Shown here: positions 46,701 to 60,837 of the stretch, piece by piece | Numbering within the stretch: position 1 is the first letter of the stretch | Layout: every line of letters starts with the position of its first letter | Assembly (NCBI GenBank): GCA_047495785.1 | Contig: JBLDXI010000021.1 | Span: forward strand, 806,001-870,000 | Direction: 5' to 3' | Source of the DNA: Lepidodermella squamata | Taxonomy: Eukaryota > Animalia > Gastrotricha | Length of the DNA: 64,000 nt | Made by a program: the position numbers and the translations under genes | Notes under the pieces: model-generated | Seen by the model: only the letters and a program-made list of their open reading frames with translations | Told to the model about the DNA's origin: nothing | The model's database searches: none

Positions 46701-46774
46701 AATACTACGCGCAGAAAGTCGGTATCGACCATTTGCTGGAAGATGAAGACGTCGTTCAAGTTGTCAAGAAGTAA
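43762..46774 (+). CDS. DRG1: Developmentally regulated GTP-binding protein 1 (large intron 44391-46146 holds a nested gene)
   Basis: [40 protein letters not shown] and NKID motifs plus a TGS C-terminus. Confidence 0.95.
44520..45923 (-). CDS. Histidine acid phosphatase paralog 2 (type I membrane, lysosomal ACP2-like), nested antisense in the DRG1 intron
   Basis: Signal peptide, RHGDRTP and SAHD motifs, transmembrane segment AIIAIAV...VVFLTVPIC, tail [12 protein letters not shown]; two introns at the same positions as in paralog 1. Confidence 0.9.
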
Positions 46775-47016
46775 TTACATTTACTCATTAAAACGAATAA
46801 ATAAAAAAATGATTGTTTTTAGGAAATGAAAAGCTGATAACTCGCCGGTTGCTTAACGTTTAATCAAATAATTTCCGAACTTGGGACAATGACAAATTCG
46901 AGCTATAATTTACTTTTTCCTGAACGGTGATAGTTTAAAATCGGGATTTTCTTATCTTCCTTTTTCTCTATTTAGGGTTAGTTTTACTTGTTGTGTTTGA
47001 AATAAGTTGAAGTGCA

Positions 47017-49666
47017 ATGGGCCGTCGCCAAAAGCCTCATGAATCCGGTGCGGCCGCGACTTTTTTGACGCGTGCTCAGGCCATTAAACGCCTGCAAATC
47101 ACGCTGAAGGACTTTCGCCGCCTGTGCATTCTGAAGGGCATTCACCCTCACGCCCCGCGTCACCCTAAAAAGGCTGGCAAGGGTTCGACGTCTCCGCACA
47201 CGTTCTACCTCCTTAAAGATATTCAATTACTATCGACTGAACCGATTATCAAGAAATTCCGTGCAATGAAGATATATAAACGGCATTTGAAGCGAGCGAT
47301 GGAAAAGAGGCAGAAATTTGAGGTGACCCGTCTGAGGCACAAAAAACCTACCTACCACCTGAGTCATATTGTGAAAGAGCGTTACCCGACCTTCGGAGAT
47401 GCGCTCCGTGACTTGGACGATTGTTTGTGCATGTTGTTCTTGTTTGCGACATTCCCGAAGAGTGTTGTACCTGATAAGCTGATTCAAGAAGCTCGTAAGC
47501 AGACCATCGAATTCATGAACTACGTCATCGCTAGCAAGTCGCTTCGGAAGGTTTTCATCTCTATCAAGGGATACTACTACCAGGCTGAGATTCAGGGTGA
47601 AAAAGTCACCTGGTTGGTTCCTCACAAATTCCCGTTTGAGGTTTGTTTATTTTCCTGGGTGAAATCAATGGTCAATTTTTTTAATGTTATCTAGAGACCG
47701 AGCGACGTCGATTTTCGCATCATGTCGACCTTTGTCGAATTCTACAACGTGATGTTGGGCTTTATCAATTTCAAGCTCTACCACGCCCTCAATCTCGTCT
47801 ACCCGCCGAAAACCGTGAGGACAACCAATGAAGATGCGACCTTCGACGAGGAACAACTCGCTGCGCTGACCGTCGACCTTCAAACCTCGTCCACTGCTGA
47901 ACCAGTCGAGGAACAAGCCACGGCCGCTGAATCTGGTACTCTGAAACTGCTGCCTCAAATGTTGCTCGGTTCCGAGGATAAGGAGGAAGCGTCGCGTTTG
48001 GAGAAGGAGCTCGAATCCATCGACGAATTGAGCCGTCTTTTCGTCGGCAAAAAGTTCTTCCTCGGCCGTGAGGTGCCCCGCGAATCTGTTGTTTTCGTCA
48101 TTCGCTCGTTCGGCGGCCAGGTCTCGTGGGACCCTACCGACGGCAAGGCTGGTGCTACGTACGACGAGTCTGATATGTCGATCACCCATCAAATTGTTGA
48201 TCGGCCGAATTACGACAAGAAATATGCGATTTCTCGCGCTTACATCCAGCCGCAATGGGTTTTCGACTGCGTGAATGCGCGGAAGTTGTTGCCGGTCGAC
48301 CAGTACTTGCCTGGGGCTGCTCTGCCGCCTCATCTTTCGCCCTTCTCGTTGCCATCTCATTCGATCCCGGCTGATACTGATAAGATGGAGACGGAGGATG
48401 TGGTGGAGCCTGAAGCTCCGGAAGAAGTTCCGCCTGCGCTCAAGAAGAAAAAGAAGTCTGCTCAACAAAACAAGGCTCCTGAAGCCAATGAATCTGAAGA
48501 GGTGAATATTTCAGGAAATTTATTATTAATTCATTTAATCTTAGATATAACCTTGCATCAAAGGGGTATTTTTATGCCATAAGTGCGAAATTCACGAAAT
48601 TCCAAATTCCAAAAACTAGAGAAAAACTAAGTTGGGGTAGATAAATACGGCGTTTATATCGAGGAAAACTATTTACCGACACAAACAGGTTGCCTAGCCG
48701 TCTTTACCTAGTAGTACCGCTCGAGCTGTTCCTTGGGAATAATAGAAATGTTTGTGATGTGGATCGCCCACATGTTTGGAATGTGGCCTCAGCCTTTAGG
48801 AAACAGAATTGAGTTGCTTTTATCATACAAGATCGGAAAAGAAACCCCGTGATCCCGTGAAATAGGAAAACTAAACTCAGCACGCCGTGAAAAATCGTTT
48901 AAGAGAAGCGTCGATAGAGCATACCCTTGTCAGTTGATTTTTCGATTATTTGGCCCGATCCCTTAAGTCGATGGTTCGATACGGAGTCGTTGTGCATAAT
49001 GGCATAGCTGACGCCCTTCTGCCGTTCGCCCTTCTCATAAATGTCCTTATCCGTGACAATGTCGCGCTCTCCATCTGGGCCGTCCCATTGAATCGTGAAA
49101 TAAGAAGTCATGGCCCAAGATATAATTCGACTGAATTAATTAATATTGCTTTATCGTAAACAAAAAACGCCTTGACGAAAACCGAACAAGGCTCTAATAT
49201 CCACCACGCTGATTGATAAAGGAATCGAATTTTGAGACGACATTATTTTGCATGCTGAAAGCCGTTAACTTGCATGTTTGATATCGGTCTGATACGCAAA
49301 GGTTATTTCGCTATTTTAATTTTATTTTACCTACCTCTCGCTCGATTTAGTGATTTTCGAAAAAAAAATTAATCCATTTATTTATTTTTTCAGGTTGTTA
49401 TGAAAGTCGACTCTGGTAAGACCGACAAGGGTTCTGTTGGTGCTAAAGGTCTTCCAGCCGATGTTGCTCGCCACAGGACTGAAGTCGCTGAACGTAAACT
49501 GCGCGAGATGCTCATCCCGAAGAAGCACAAGCGCTTGTACCACAAATTCAGCGCCAAGCGTGAACACGAGGCGAAAGCTGAGCGGAAACTCGAAGAAAAG
49601 CGCCGCGCCATTGCCAGCGGAGAGCTGCAAGTCGGCACCGACATTTTGCAGAAGAAGAAAAAATGA
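47017..49666 (+). CDS. PES1: Pescadillo homolog, 3 exons
   Basis: LKDFRRLCILKGIHP, KERYPTFGDALRDLDD, a BRCT domain (REVPRE...ITHQIVDRP...QPQWVFDCVN) and LREMLIPKKHKRLY. Confidence 0.95.
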
Positions 49667-52600
49667 TGCTCGCGTCTTCCTTTGTTTTTTCTTATAAACG
49701 CAAAACTGAAGCGTTCTGTGCAAGTAAAACAAAAAATCAAACCAACAGACAATAATAAAATTAACATTTCTCATTCTCACAGCATTCTCATTTGAATAGG
49801 TCGTTACGTTTATTGAACACCAAGTATTTTTAATCATTATTTCAAGGTCGAAAATCAATTCCGGTGCAAACCCCAGCCCTGAAATAGAGTCTGATGATGA
49901 GTAGCAGGGGGTACATATAGGGAGAAGTTTGTTTTGTTGATGACTGCCGTCGGATTGGCGGCACGTGGACGCTGTCAGTCAGCTGCTGTTTGGGGGTGAA
50001 CTTAATGGCGTATTAATTGCCTCGGCAAATACTCGGGGCGAAAAGGCAACTGTTTCGCAGTTGCTTCTGTGTTTGCGCTCAAATCGAGTGCCGTCGCGTG
50101 TGTCGCGCCTCAAAATCGAAGAAATCCGGGCCAGCTGCGGGCGAAGCTCTCGAAAGTCTGCCAACGCGACTTGGAGAGCAGACGCGATGATACTGTTGTA
50201 GTATGGTAATAAAACAAATTACAGGCACGTTGTTTTCGTCGCCCGTGTTTGTCGATGTTTTCAGGCCGTTTCCCAGATCTCAGCTGCAGATAATAATTAC
50301 ATAAACATCGGGCGTTATTTGCCGTTATATTATATCACTCTGTACCCATAGCGCGTCACATGCGCGCTTGCCTGGAGTCTTGTTTGCCGAGAAGAGGCTT
50401 TCGTACTGTTTTTCAATGGCGTTCGACCTCGGCTCAACCTTCGTCGCCAAACAATCGACCATCGTATCATCGTCGCCGAAGCCCAAATATCTCCTTATCC
50501 GTAGTTGGTAATGATGATAAGTCCCATCTATTGCTTACGTGAGTTTTATGGGGGCGGAATTAAAGGCTCGTTTCGGACCCATCTCGCGTTGTCGGGTTGT
50601 TTGACCAGTACCAGGCGGTACCGGACACAACGCGTCTCTATTTCAAGCTAATCCGCGGCGCACCAAGATTTGGGTATCTCTCTACCCGCGCGCGGTACTA
50701 TCGGGTTGTGTACGGCCGGCCGGCCGACCGGTCAACGTCGCGCGGCAACCGTCTGCTGTTTGTCAAGTGTCAACGCCCACACAACTGTTGTGTGTCGCAC
50801 AGCAGCGGTGTTATCGGAAAAGGCCAATCCGGGGCCCACGATGCCATGATAAACAAAGCGGCTGAAACAGGCGCAACACAAGGCGCGCCAGAGCCCCACT
50901 TTATTGCCAATAACACTTCCAGTTCCCATTTCCCACACTCACATGCATGCGTTGAGGCCGGGTTTACAGCGACTGGTCATGTCTCGAGCACGATGGCAAT
51001 GACAACAGCGCGTCCGCAGACCCATTAATGAGTTCGCGTCTCTCGGTCAAGTCCCATTTTTTGCATAAGAATCAACTCCTTGATCACTATAGTTTGATTG
51101 TCAATCACTGAATACAGACAAAGTCATCTAAATGACTCGCTCTTTACTTTCCTACGCCAGCAGAAAAATCAAATCAGGTACGTGAGACCTTAAGGTGATC
51201 TTCGTTAGTTATTTTTTTCGCAAAAAGCCCAATATCAAATAGGAATTATTCGAATCAAATCACTTTTTTCTCCTTTCAAGTTCATATATCGGGGAAACAG
51301 AAGTTTTTATCATTTCGCTGAAGCTATAGGAAATGGAATTGAACAATGCTGCCTACTCTTTGCTCAATAGAATATGGAATATGGGAATCCTGTGGCACAT
51401 GAAAGGAAACTTCCTATTTAGGACCGCCTGGTTTTTTTTTATTTTTGCTCATATTTCAAATATTATTTTAAATTTCGGGTTTGAAAATTTGTTCCATTTC
51501 AGAATAAAGTAATGTGATTTTTTTTCTTCGTTCAACAACAACTATCTTCGAAATACACTCGATATGTTATGGCCTAATAATTGGATTTGATATTCGCATT
51601 CGTCACCATTTGTCTCACAGTTGTGTAATTAGGGCAATTTGAATTTTGATGCAACGGCTATTTCATCGGCAGTCGTGCGGTTGGCACAACTACCAGGTGC
51701 GCTCAAATTATAGATTAGCCCCACTGAGACGCTGCTGATAGTTGGCGTCGGCGCTTCTTTTATTGGTTCATCGTTGTAAGTAGTCGGCGAAGCCCGGCGG
51801 CGAAACGCCGCTGTAGGTGCTAGATTTGGCGCGAGTGTTCTAAAATTAATAGATAGTCGATGATGTGTCGGAAGTATGAATTCTCCGCCTCACTCTCGTG
51901 AAGTTAGCCGATAAACGATGACCACCAGATTATTAGCGATGGCTCTGTTGTGATAGCGCGACGACGACCACGTCACGTCCTCTTGTCGTGCGACATCGCA
52001 CCCTCTCAAGGTGTTTGAACCGCCTTAATAATATAAAAGTCCTAATGTTGCAGAAACGCGGCGTTAATTTTTCACGATTAGGATATTTCGCCCTGATTAA
52101 ATTAGCTGGACATTGGCGAAAATCGTTGTCCTCATATTTAATACCCATATAAAGTTCTCGGCTATGCTAGGGGGTCGTGTGAATAATTCACGTCGTCTAG
52201 GCGGGCGCGTTCCGAGCACACGTGTGATCCAGGTACGAAATTTATGAGTATTTTACAACAACATACAACAGGCTCTTCATTTATAAGTAATTGTCTTTGT
52301 GTTTAGCGCGCGTTTGTTGTCGCACCGACCCGCGCGACACTCGGCTGGCAAAACAGGCGCTATGAGGTTACGCCTGGCGGGCGTTGCGGCTGTTTGTACA
52401 AACAGCGACAGAGCGCATTCTGCTCTTCTGCTATTGCCTCTACCTCACTACTGACACGATGATGAACGCCCTCTCGAGATTTCAATACGCAAATCGGCTT
52501 TTCAAACCTGAAAGAAACTATTATTATCGCCAACTGCCTGTCTTTCTCGTTCTCGCTCGCTCTCTCAATCGCCAAGTCGGCAGTTCCGTTTTCATCGACG

Positions 52601-55600
52601 CCCAACAATCGTATCATTGATTCGAAATGTTCGTCGTATATACACTTAATAACGACGTCGTAGCCTGCGACAGCTTGGGGTATTAAATTTAATTAAAATT
52701 AGCTGATTTTCCACTGAAACTAGTACGATGCGCGTTCAATCTGTCGGTCGCCGATATAACAATCAATAATATAGGTGTACATATCTTATTACGCTATTGA
52801 AGCGCAAACTCGCCGCCGACGCCGTGCAACCTCGATTTTTTCAATTAGGACCAAAATAATTCGATAACTTTTCTTGAGTTCGCTTCAGTTTTAAGGCGAA
52901 ATCGCATCATCCGTCATGTTATGTTTGTTATTGTTATGTTGTATTAGATCGACCGCGGCATCACAACATCATCATTATCTCATCGCCGCGGCGCGGTCAG
53001 TCAGTCAGGTAAAAATCATTAAGGCGGAGCACAGATAGTAGTTGATGATTTTTCGGTGCAGCCGCATGGCCCTAGGTGCGCACGCGTCTGTTTGCTAACG
53101 ATTATTATTGCACAAGAATTTTTGACAAGGAACTTGGTGCTCGTACTGAATGCTGCTGAAAGCCCTCATTTCTCGTCGATACTTATCGTATAGTATAGAA
53201 GCAGTGCGGAAGGTTTCAGGCGCCAGTTCACCTTTCGTCCCTTCGCTTTTGACCAGGCACGGGCGCGCACGTTCGCCGGCGCCGCCTTAACGAGCGGAAC
53301 TAGTTGCGCAACGCCTGCCAAATATATCATCCTATATATAGTATAGGTCTATCTACAGTACTAGCTCGCATGAACCTTGAAGTATCGAGGTAAATGTAAC
53401 AATCACCCTTCATACTGCCAAAATGTAGACAAAACGAACAGCGGAACAACAATAACAGTGAAATTGCCTCGTCGTTTTCGTCGATGATGATGATGATGAT
53501 GATGATGTCGGTCGGGTGTTACTGCCGCCATTAGAAGCCGATATACCTATCGGTACACGCCGAACGGCTGGCGATCAGGTATGATGCTAACCTACTACTA
53601 CCAGCGGGCAATGTGTTATTGTTATATCGTTCAAATGTTGTTGTTTGTTTGTTGCCATGTTACCATCACTTTATATTGCCGTATTTCACGCTACGGCCCT
53701 CGGCCTGGCAAATAAATAACATATTTGCTCGCTTCCTTTCTGGATTTTTTTTTTCTATAACCTAACATCGACACCCACGCCTCTTTTTATAGCCAATTTT
53801 GGAGCGTGTATTTATTAAGGTGGTGGTTTATTATTAAGGCGTTTTGTGTTATTTCTATGTTTTAATAACGCCGCTCATCCGCCCCCGACCGCCTCGGCTC
53901 CCTCTTTATTAACCCTCGTCGACGTGGGCGAGGATGGCTTGCAACATAAGCAAATTTTACGATCATTTCTTTCAAAGCCAGAGCGTTCTCAATCAATAAA
54001 AATGGTAATACCCGGCTCATAGCCACGACTGACAATATATATAACCGCAAACCGCAGTCCAAAACACGAAACATCTGTAATTACATACAACACGGGTGGG
54101 TCGTAAACATAGCGGGGGCGCCTTTTTGCATGTTAATTTCTGCGATGAGAAGAGATGATACTGCCCGGCGTTATTTTTGCGCGCTATTTTTAAGCCCTAA
54201 TAACCACGCGCGTGTGCGCAGATGATGCGCCATACGCTGTGTAGCCGTTTTCACAAGGGTATATACTTTTTCAATTAGCTAGGCCTAATCACTGCTGTAT
54301 AGCCTTGTTATTAATCGAGCCGATGATGATGATCAGTCAATTTAGCGCTTCTCGGTAGAATTCCCCCACTTCTTCGTCTGTCCGACCCACCCGGGTTAGT
54401 AATGGAGCCGCTACTCCTACTTGGCTACTAATGGCGTTAAAAGCCCTGCGGCAGAAACGGTTTCACGTCGCCGAGATTTTGAATCGTTATTCAATAATAA
54501 CAAACACTCTAGGCGCGGTAGATTCCAGTGTCAAGCCGCGTCTTAACAACTAATTGGCGCTGGGGAACAGACGCGCGACTCGTTATCGAAAAATTCCTCG
54601 CCGCAACTTTCTTGCATCATTATGGCGATAAAATAGCGCGCAGGATTTCACGCCTAATGTGACTTTTGATAATTGCGTGTATTTTTTGTTATTTGCGCTG
54701 CTTAAAAATTCGCATATAATATATTTTCGCGAACAATTTTATTTGCGCATCGCTGTTGCGGAAAAAAATTGTGTCAATTCGCGTTGCGCGCGCGATACTT
54801 GTTTGTTGATTTTGTGATTTTCATCGTCATCATCAATCATCACGGCCATCACATCATTACAGCGTAGAGAAAAGCTACTGTAGAAAAGCTGTTTGTTTGC
54901 TAGCTAGCTTTTGCTGTGGGTTGTTTGGGGCGCCGGCGTCGATGACCGGTGCCAAATTCGAGGCGCAACTTTTTGAGCGATATATTCGTAGCAAAATGGG
55001 CGCGCGCTATACATTATCGGTAAGTCGATATCATTGCCCGCGACGACGTCGACTTGTTGTGCGGCGTGTTTGTTTACGGCTAAACTAAATCAAGCTTACC
55101 AAAGGCGAGTGAATATACAAATTCACACGGTTCTCTCGTGCAACAACGTGTCGATCTATGGCTATACTCGAGTGTAAATCGCTAGTATTATCTATATACG
55201 TGATCGTTTGACAAATTTTTATCTCTCGACGATGACCGATTTTTGTATCGACGATAAGCCGCGTCCCGTGATTTATTTGCGCGCCGCTCACGGCCGGCCG
55301 TTCCCCGGTCTCTTCCGCATCTTATTATTAGATATATGTATTTATTTTTGGAAAATTTTATAATTTGACGAGATGAGCCGAGCAAGGCCGCGCACGGAGA
55401 CCGCCCGAGATACGATTCGTCTTTTATTGAAAATTGTTATTATTATTATTATTGTTTTCATCATTTTCGTCATTATTTATCTTTCGCAGCACACATGCAG
55501 TAGTAGTTTAAGTTGTTGTCTCTTTTGTATACTATATGCTGCGTCTTTGATCCGCGCCCCTAAGTAATAATATTACTAATATTTTATACTCGAATTTGAA

Positions 55601-58600
55601 ATTATCGTAATATAGCAACGACGCTGTTTCTTTTTAATTTCAAGTAGCTGTAGAAACATTGGTTTTACGACAAATTAATCCAGTTACATATGAAAAGCTC
55701 TTCGCCGAGCCGGGCAGGCATTGAGCTGCGACGCGCCCGGCCAGAAGGTGGCCGGAGATGATGATCATCGACTTAATAATAAGTATTTTCCCACACACAC
55801 TCACTCGCATAGCTCGTTGTTGACGAGGCGTAAACGCTCCTCAAAAGAGCCCACCGTCAAGTTTTTGAAAAATCGTCGCCATTATAATTAGATTGCAAAA
55901 TTTCCAACAATATTATAACAACTCAACTCACCTGCGCGCCCTCCCTTGCAGTATTGTGTAAAAAGTGGCTCACGCAAAAGCCGCCATGTCGTCCGTCAAA
56001 AAGACGAGTCTATTATTTTTGAAAAGTTTCGGCGGTTTGGCGTTTCTTCTTCAAGCACACACGCAGCAAATTTTCTCGGCCGCCTCGCTCGTAAAACCAA
56101 CAATAATAACTAGCTGCCCTGTTTTAGCTCTTTTTGACACGGCGAAGTAACCGCACTATAGTCATATTTTTCGGCCGTTTATTTATTTATTTATTCATTC
56201 GTTTTATTTATTTATTCTGGCCTGTACACCTGTGCGATGTGGAACCAACCGTCGAGCCAGAGCGCGCTGATTTGTCATGAGCGCGTCGTAAACTTGACTC
56301 ACTCTGCTCTTGCTGGCCGTCTTCCGGTTCTGCGACGCGCCGGCTATAAAAATGTATTTCCGCGACGTTTGCAAGCGCTTTCTCACCATAATTTTCGAAA
56401 ATTATATAACAACAAATGCGATGACCGTATCACGCGCTAGCTTAATTGCCGGCTCATTCTCTTAAAATGTTCGCGCTGCTCGCAGGTTAGAGAGAGAGAG
56501 AGAGACAGAGCTCAAGTTAGTAGTAATATGTATTTGTTGTGTGAAAACTTCGTACCACGGCTCGCGATGATAACAATAATAATTTCGCACCGATGGAACC
56601 TGACGCGTTTCGGGCAAAATTTTCCAACGCGCGCGCTCGCGTTATCTTAGCGACGTAACTATAATTAACCGCGTTCGGCTATCACGCACCGAATTTTCGC
56701 TGTCCTATAGTTGTTGATGTCGGTTCCGCCGTTCGTTGTTGCGCGGCTGTAATTGCGACATTTTTGGCACGCCCCGTGTTGTAATAATTGCAACACGCCG
56801 CGCCACTCAATGATGACACTTCTACCTATAACTAACGCGATTCGTTTTTGTCATGCAAAGTCGGCGACTAAGTGACCCGGTAGCACTAGCGATCACCCGG
56901 CGGCGGCGGACGACGATTTTTCGTCGAGTGCGCCAGCTCGTCCTAGTGTCTTACAACCGACGTCTTGTCACCACGTGTGGTCTAATTAATTAGTCAGCAT
57001 TTGTGCGATATAGATGTAAAACTTCTTGTTATCAACAGTAAGGATAGTAAGCTGTATCAATCCGAGTTTGGCGCTCTCGTAAAATCGTTCTTGCTAAGCT
57101 TAAATCTTAATCGCCATCTTCGATTTTAAACTCGTCTACGGCTATAATGGGCCGAGATGTGCGCGCTCGAGCACGCGCGCCCGATTCGATTGCGCAACGC
57201 ACTGAGTCATTAAGCATCATCGGCAATCGCGCGTCCATCAGCGGCAGATGGTCGGCTCGTTGCCTGCCTGCAATGACGACGGGCCGCAACGATGGATGAG
57301 CAGGCTCGTTCATCATCTTCATCAAGCAAAATCGTCGTCATCATTTTCTTCTTGTTATAGGCAAGAGATGAGGGCCACCGTTATATCACTGCTTGATTCC
57401 TCCTTCATCGTTCGTGTTTTGCCGCTAGTTGTGTACACATCGTAAAGAACCGTATCATATTTTATGATAAATATTTTGTCGCCAATACTTACCTATTTTG
57501 TCGGCGTTATGCATACCGCCCGGCTATGCGCTTTGTTTTGGCGCCAAGGTGCTCCTCTCTCCGCAGCGAGATAAGGGGTAACCTCGTAATGACCACTAAT
57601 ATTGACTTTTCCCAACCTGTGTTGTTCTTATTAGCCGGGTTTCATGTGCGCGCCTCCACGGAACGCGACCCGTTTCGTCGCTCGGGAATGTTGTCTCTAG
57701 CTTATCACGCTCGTTCGTCGATGGCCTCGACGAAAACAAACAGCCAAAAGTTATATTACATCGCCGAGGCATTGAAGAGGGGGCGCGCCGCGCGCGCATA
57801 ATGTTTGTAAGCGCACCTTTGCCTTCAATACCTATATTATTTGCTACAATATTTATCATACACTATCGCGCGCGCGGCTGTTATTGCCGCGAAATCGGTG
57901 CGCCCTCGATCGGTCTCGCGGGCCCTCTCTGTGTAACGTTTATCGCCCGTTCACGCTCTTGACGAGGGGCCACCACAACAAACTATGCATTTATCACTTT
58001 GTTTCCTTTTATTATTATCGCATCGGATTATCGTCTCTTGACGGCAAGTGTCGCAAGGCGCGCGCTGCAACGACTCGCTCTGTGCACACAAGCTATTTTT
58101 CGACGGCGACGAGTTTGAATTGCCATCCAACACACCCGGCTCACGCCCCTCAACCGGGTGCGCCAAATATGCGCCGATAAATACGCGCTACAGTCACGTT
58201 CATTCCTCCTGCATACGATTTGACGTAACGCGGCAGATATCACTTTCGCTCGCATTAAGGCGGACTTTTTTCCATTTGAACCGCGCATGAACTCAGCCTT
58301 TGTGTTTACGCGAGCTACCTTATAAAAAATTAAAAACTAACGAGGTATGATTTTGCATGACGATATCTTCTTTTGTGTAAACTTTTATTATTATTTCTTG
58401 CAATTTTTATTGTTTACGTACTAGTATTAATGTGTAGAAATTATATCGTTCCTTTTTCTCGTCGTCGTCGTCGTCATATACTACCAACCAACTGTAGTAT
58501 GATATGTGTATTAATTTCCCAAAAGATGAGCACATATACGCGGCCAAATTTATTGTTATTGCTACTAGAGGCTTTCGCCTCGGCCCCTGCTAGTACTGCG

Positions 58601-58964
58601 GGTTAGCCGCGGCTATCGATAATGGCTGCGGCGACATGTCGCCTCGACAACGGCACGAATGTTTTGTTGTTTTGTTGTGCCAAAAATTCGGCCCGAGGCG
58701 CACTTGCGCGCGCCCGGCAGCAACGTCAAGAGCGACGCTAGGCGGAAGTCGATCAAGTGTAGTTGACCGGCCAATTTTTTCGCCAGTGCTCACTGCTCGG
58801 TCCCAACAATATGCTTACGAAATCTCATGAGTATCATCTGAAAACGAAATTTAATTATTACAAATAACGACGCTAGTTTTCTTGACTAATTTTTTTCGAT
58901 TTATTTGATATAGGCTTGACAGCTTAATTTTTGTATATTCTGGTTATTTAAATACCAATTGATC

Positions 58965-60837
58965 ATGCTGCGAATTACATCGATATTACTGCTATTTACC
59001 GCCGCCGTCAATGCGCTGGAGAGTGATGGTGACTCGACAGGCATCGTTGTGAAATCGGGCCACTCGGCGGTTGTCGCGTGCAATGCTCCCGCCCTCGGTG
59101 ATAACCAGTACCTGTACTGGAACCGGTTAGACCGCGACACTAACAACGTCGAAAAAGTTCTGTTCTGGAGCAAAAAGCAGGCCGTTGACGAGAAATACGT
59201 CATCAGCGCCGAAGGTTTCAACCTCGAAATCAAGGACGTTACGGTAAACAAAATTAAATCAATATTTGAATTTGAAATTTAAATAATTTTTTTTAAGATG
59301 GATGATTCAGCTTGGTACGAGTGCTATGTTGTTAACGTAGAGACAAATCAACGTATCAGCAGCCGGAAGACATTTTTGTCTGTAATTGACGCGCCCGAAT
59401 GCTCCTCGTCGCAACTCTCCGGCCAACCGGGTGACTTGGTCACCCTGACCTGCTCACCCCGGGTGCGGCAACACGCCTCGGCTAATGACGTTGCCGTTCG
59501 TTGGTCGTCGCAGTTATCGCCTGAATTTACGTCAAATCAGGCTGAAATTCACGTTAACCTCAGCGAGTCGTTGAATGACGCTGTTTTTAAGTGCACCACC
59601 GAATTGGCTGGTGTCGCTACAACCTGTGTCCTCGACCCGTTCGACGTCAAATTCCCGCCTCAGAAACCGGCCATTTTCATCGCTGGCGGTCAGGAGGTAA
59701 ATAATTAGTTTAGTATCATTTAAATTGTCTACTATATTAATTTGTTTTATTCTAGGTTGCGACGACTAATTTCACCGTTGTCCTCGGAACAACGAATTTC
59801 TCGCTGACTTGCCACAGCCGCGGCAACCCGGAGCCGCAGATCGTGTGGTACTACGGCGAGACGATGCTGGGCACCAACGAGTCGCTCGTACTCGCTGAGG
59901 TCAAGCTGAACCATGCCGGCAAGTACAGGTGAGCGCGCGATACCTATCTAAAACACTACACGTTTTTGTGCTCGCTCGAGCGCGCATAAGCGTGAACTGT
60001 TGTTGTAAGGCAACAACAAATTTACGACCATGTGTGTATGTACAACAATCTTTCGCGGTTTCCGACGACGAATAGCTTCGTGATTAATGTGCGGTTTTCT
60101 TTTTATTTCATAGGTGCGAATCTGTCAGCTCGCTCAATGGCGTGCCGTACCGGTTGACGCGCGAACTCGAAGTGACTGTCACCAGTAAGTGAAACTTTTC
60201 ATACAAGAGTGACGCTCATGTGTACTGAAAATGCCGAAAATTTGTCGAGTGGTCTCGTAGCTTCACACCTATAGATAATAATAATGATGATAGCTACTCA
60301 TCGTAGCGTATAGGCAAATTCTATTCAAAAAAGGCGTTGAACCGCAAATGGGCGACATCAAACAAATTCGACTGAAAATGAAAATGACCCAATTATTTTT
60401 TTTCAATAGAATTCCGTCCGCAAGCCGTCGTTCAAAATACCATGGGAATGGGCATCATTATTGGCGCGTCTGTCGCCTGTGTGCTCGGCGCCTCGGCAAT
60501 CACCGTGCTACTTTGCTGGGTCATGCGCGCCCGTGTCGGTCGCATCACCGTACTCGCAGCGCCCGCCTGGTTGTCGGGTCCGTGGCGCCGCGGCGGCAAG
60601 GGCCACGTCGGCTTGAACGGCTCCAGCAACGGCTCGAACGGCTACCATGAAGCGGACGTGTGCAATGCCGAGAAGGGCGTCATTGACGGTGACGACACCC
60701 TGACGACGCCTCTGAACACGGCCAGCAGCGGTGAAGACAGCTGCGGTGAGAACAGCTCAACCTCGAAACAAGTGATTGTGAACGAACTCGGCAAACACTT
60801 CGACGCGACCACGGACGAGAAGCAGACTCAACAATAG
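58965..60837 (+). CDS. Immunoglobulin-superfamily type I membrane protein (~3 Ig domains), 5 exons
   Basis: Signal peptide MLRITSILLLFTAAVNA; C...W...L.I.DV..DDSAWYEC, LTC...W...FKC and LTCHSRGNPEPQIVW...AGKYRC; transmembrane segment IIIGASVACVLGASAITVLLCWV. Confidence 0.85.

Noticed and set aside
48547-49307. TIR element in the long PES1 intron
   Set aside because: The inverted match (ataacctt.gc) is too short and degenerate to call.
49965-58830. Short ORFs upstream of the Ig gene
   Set aside because: No recognisable motifs or consistent exon chain.
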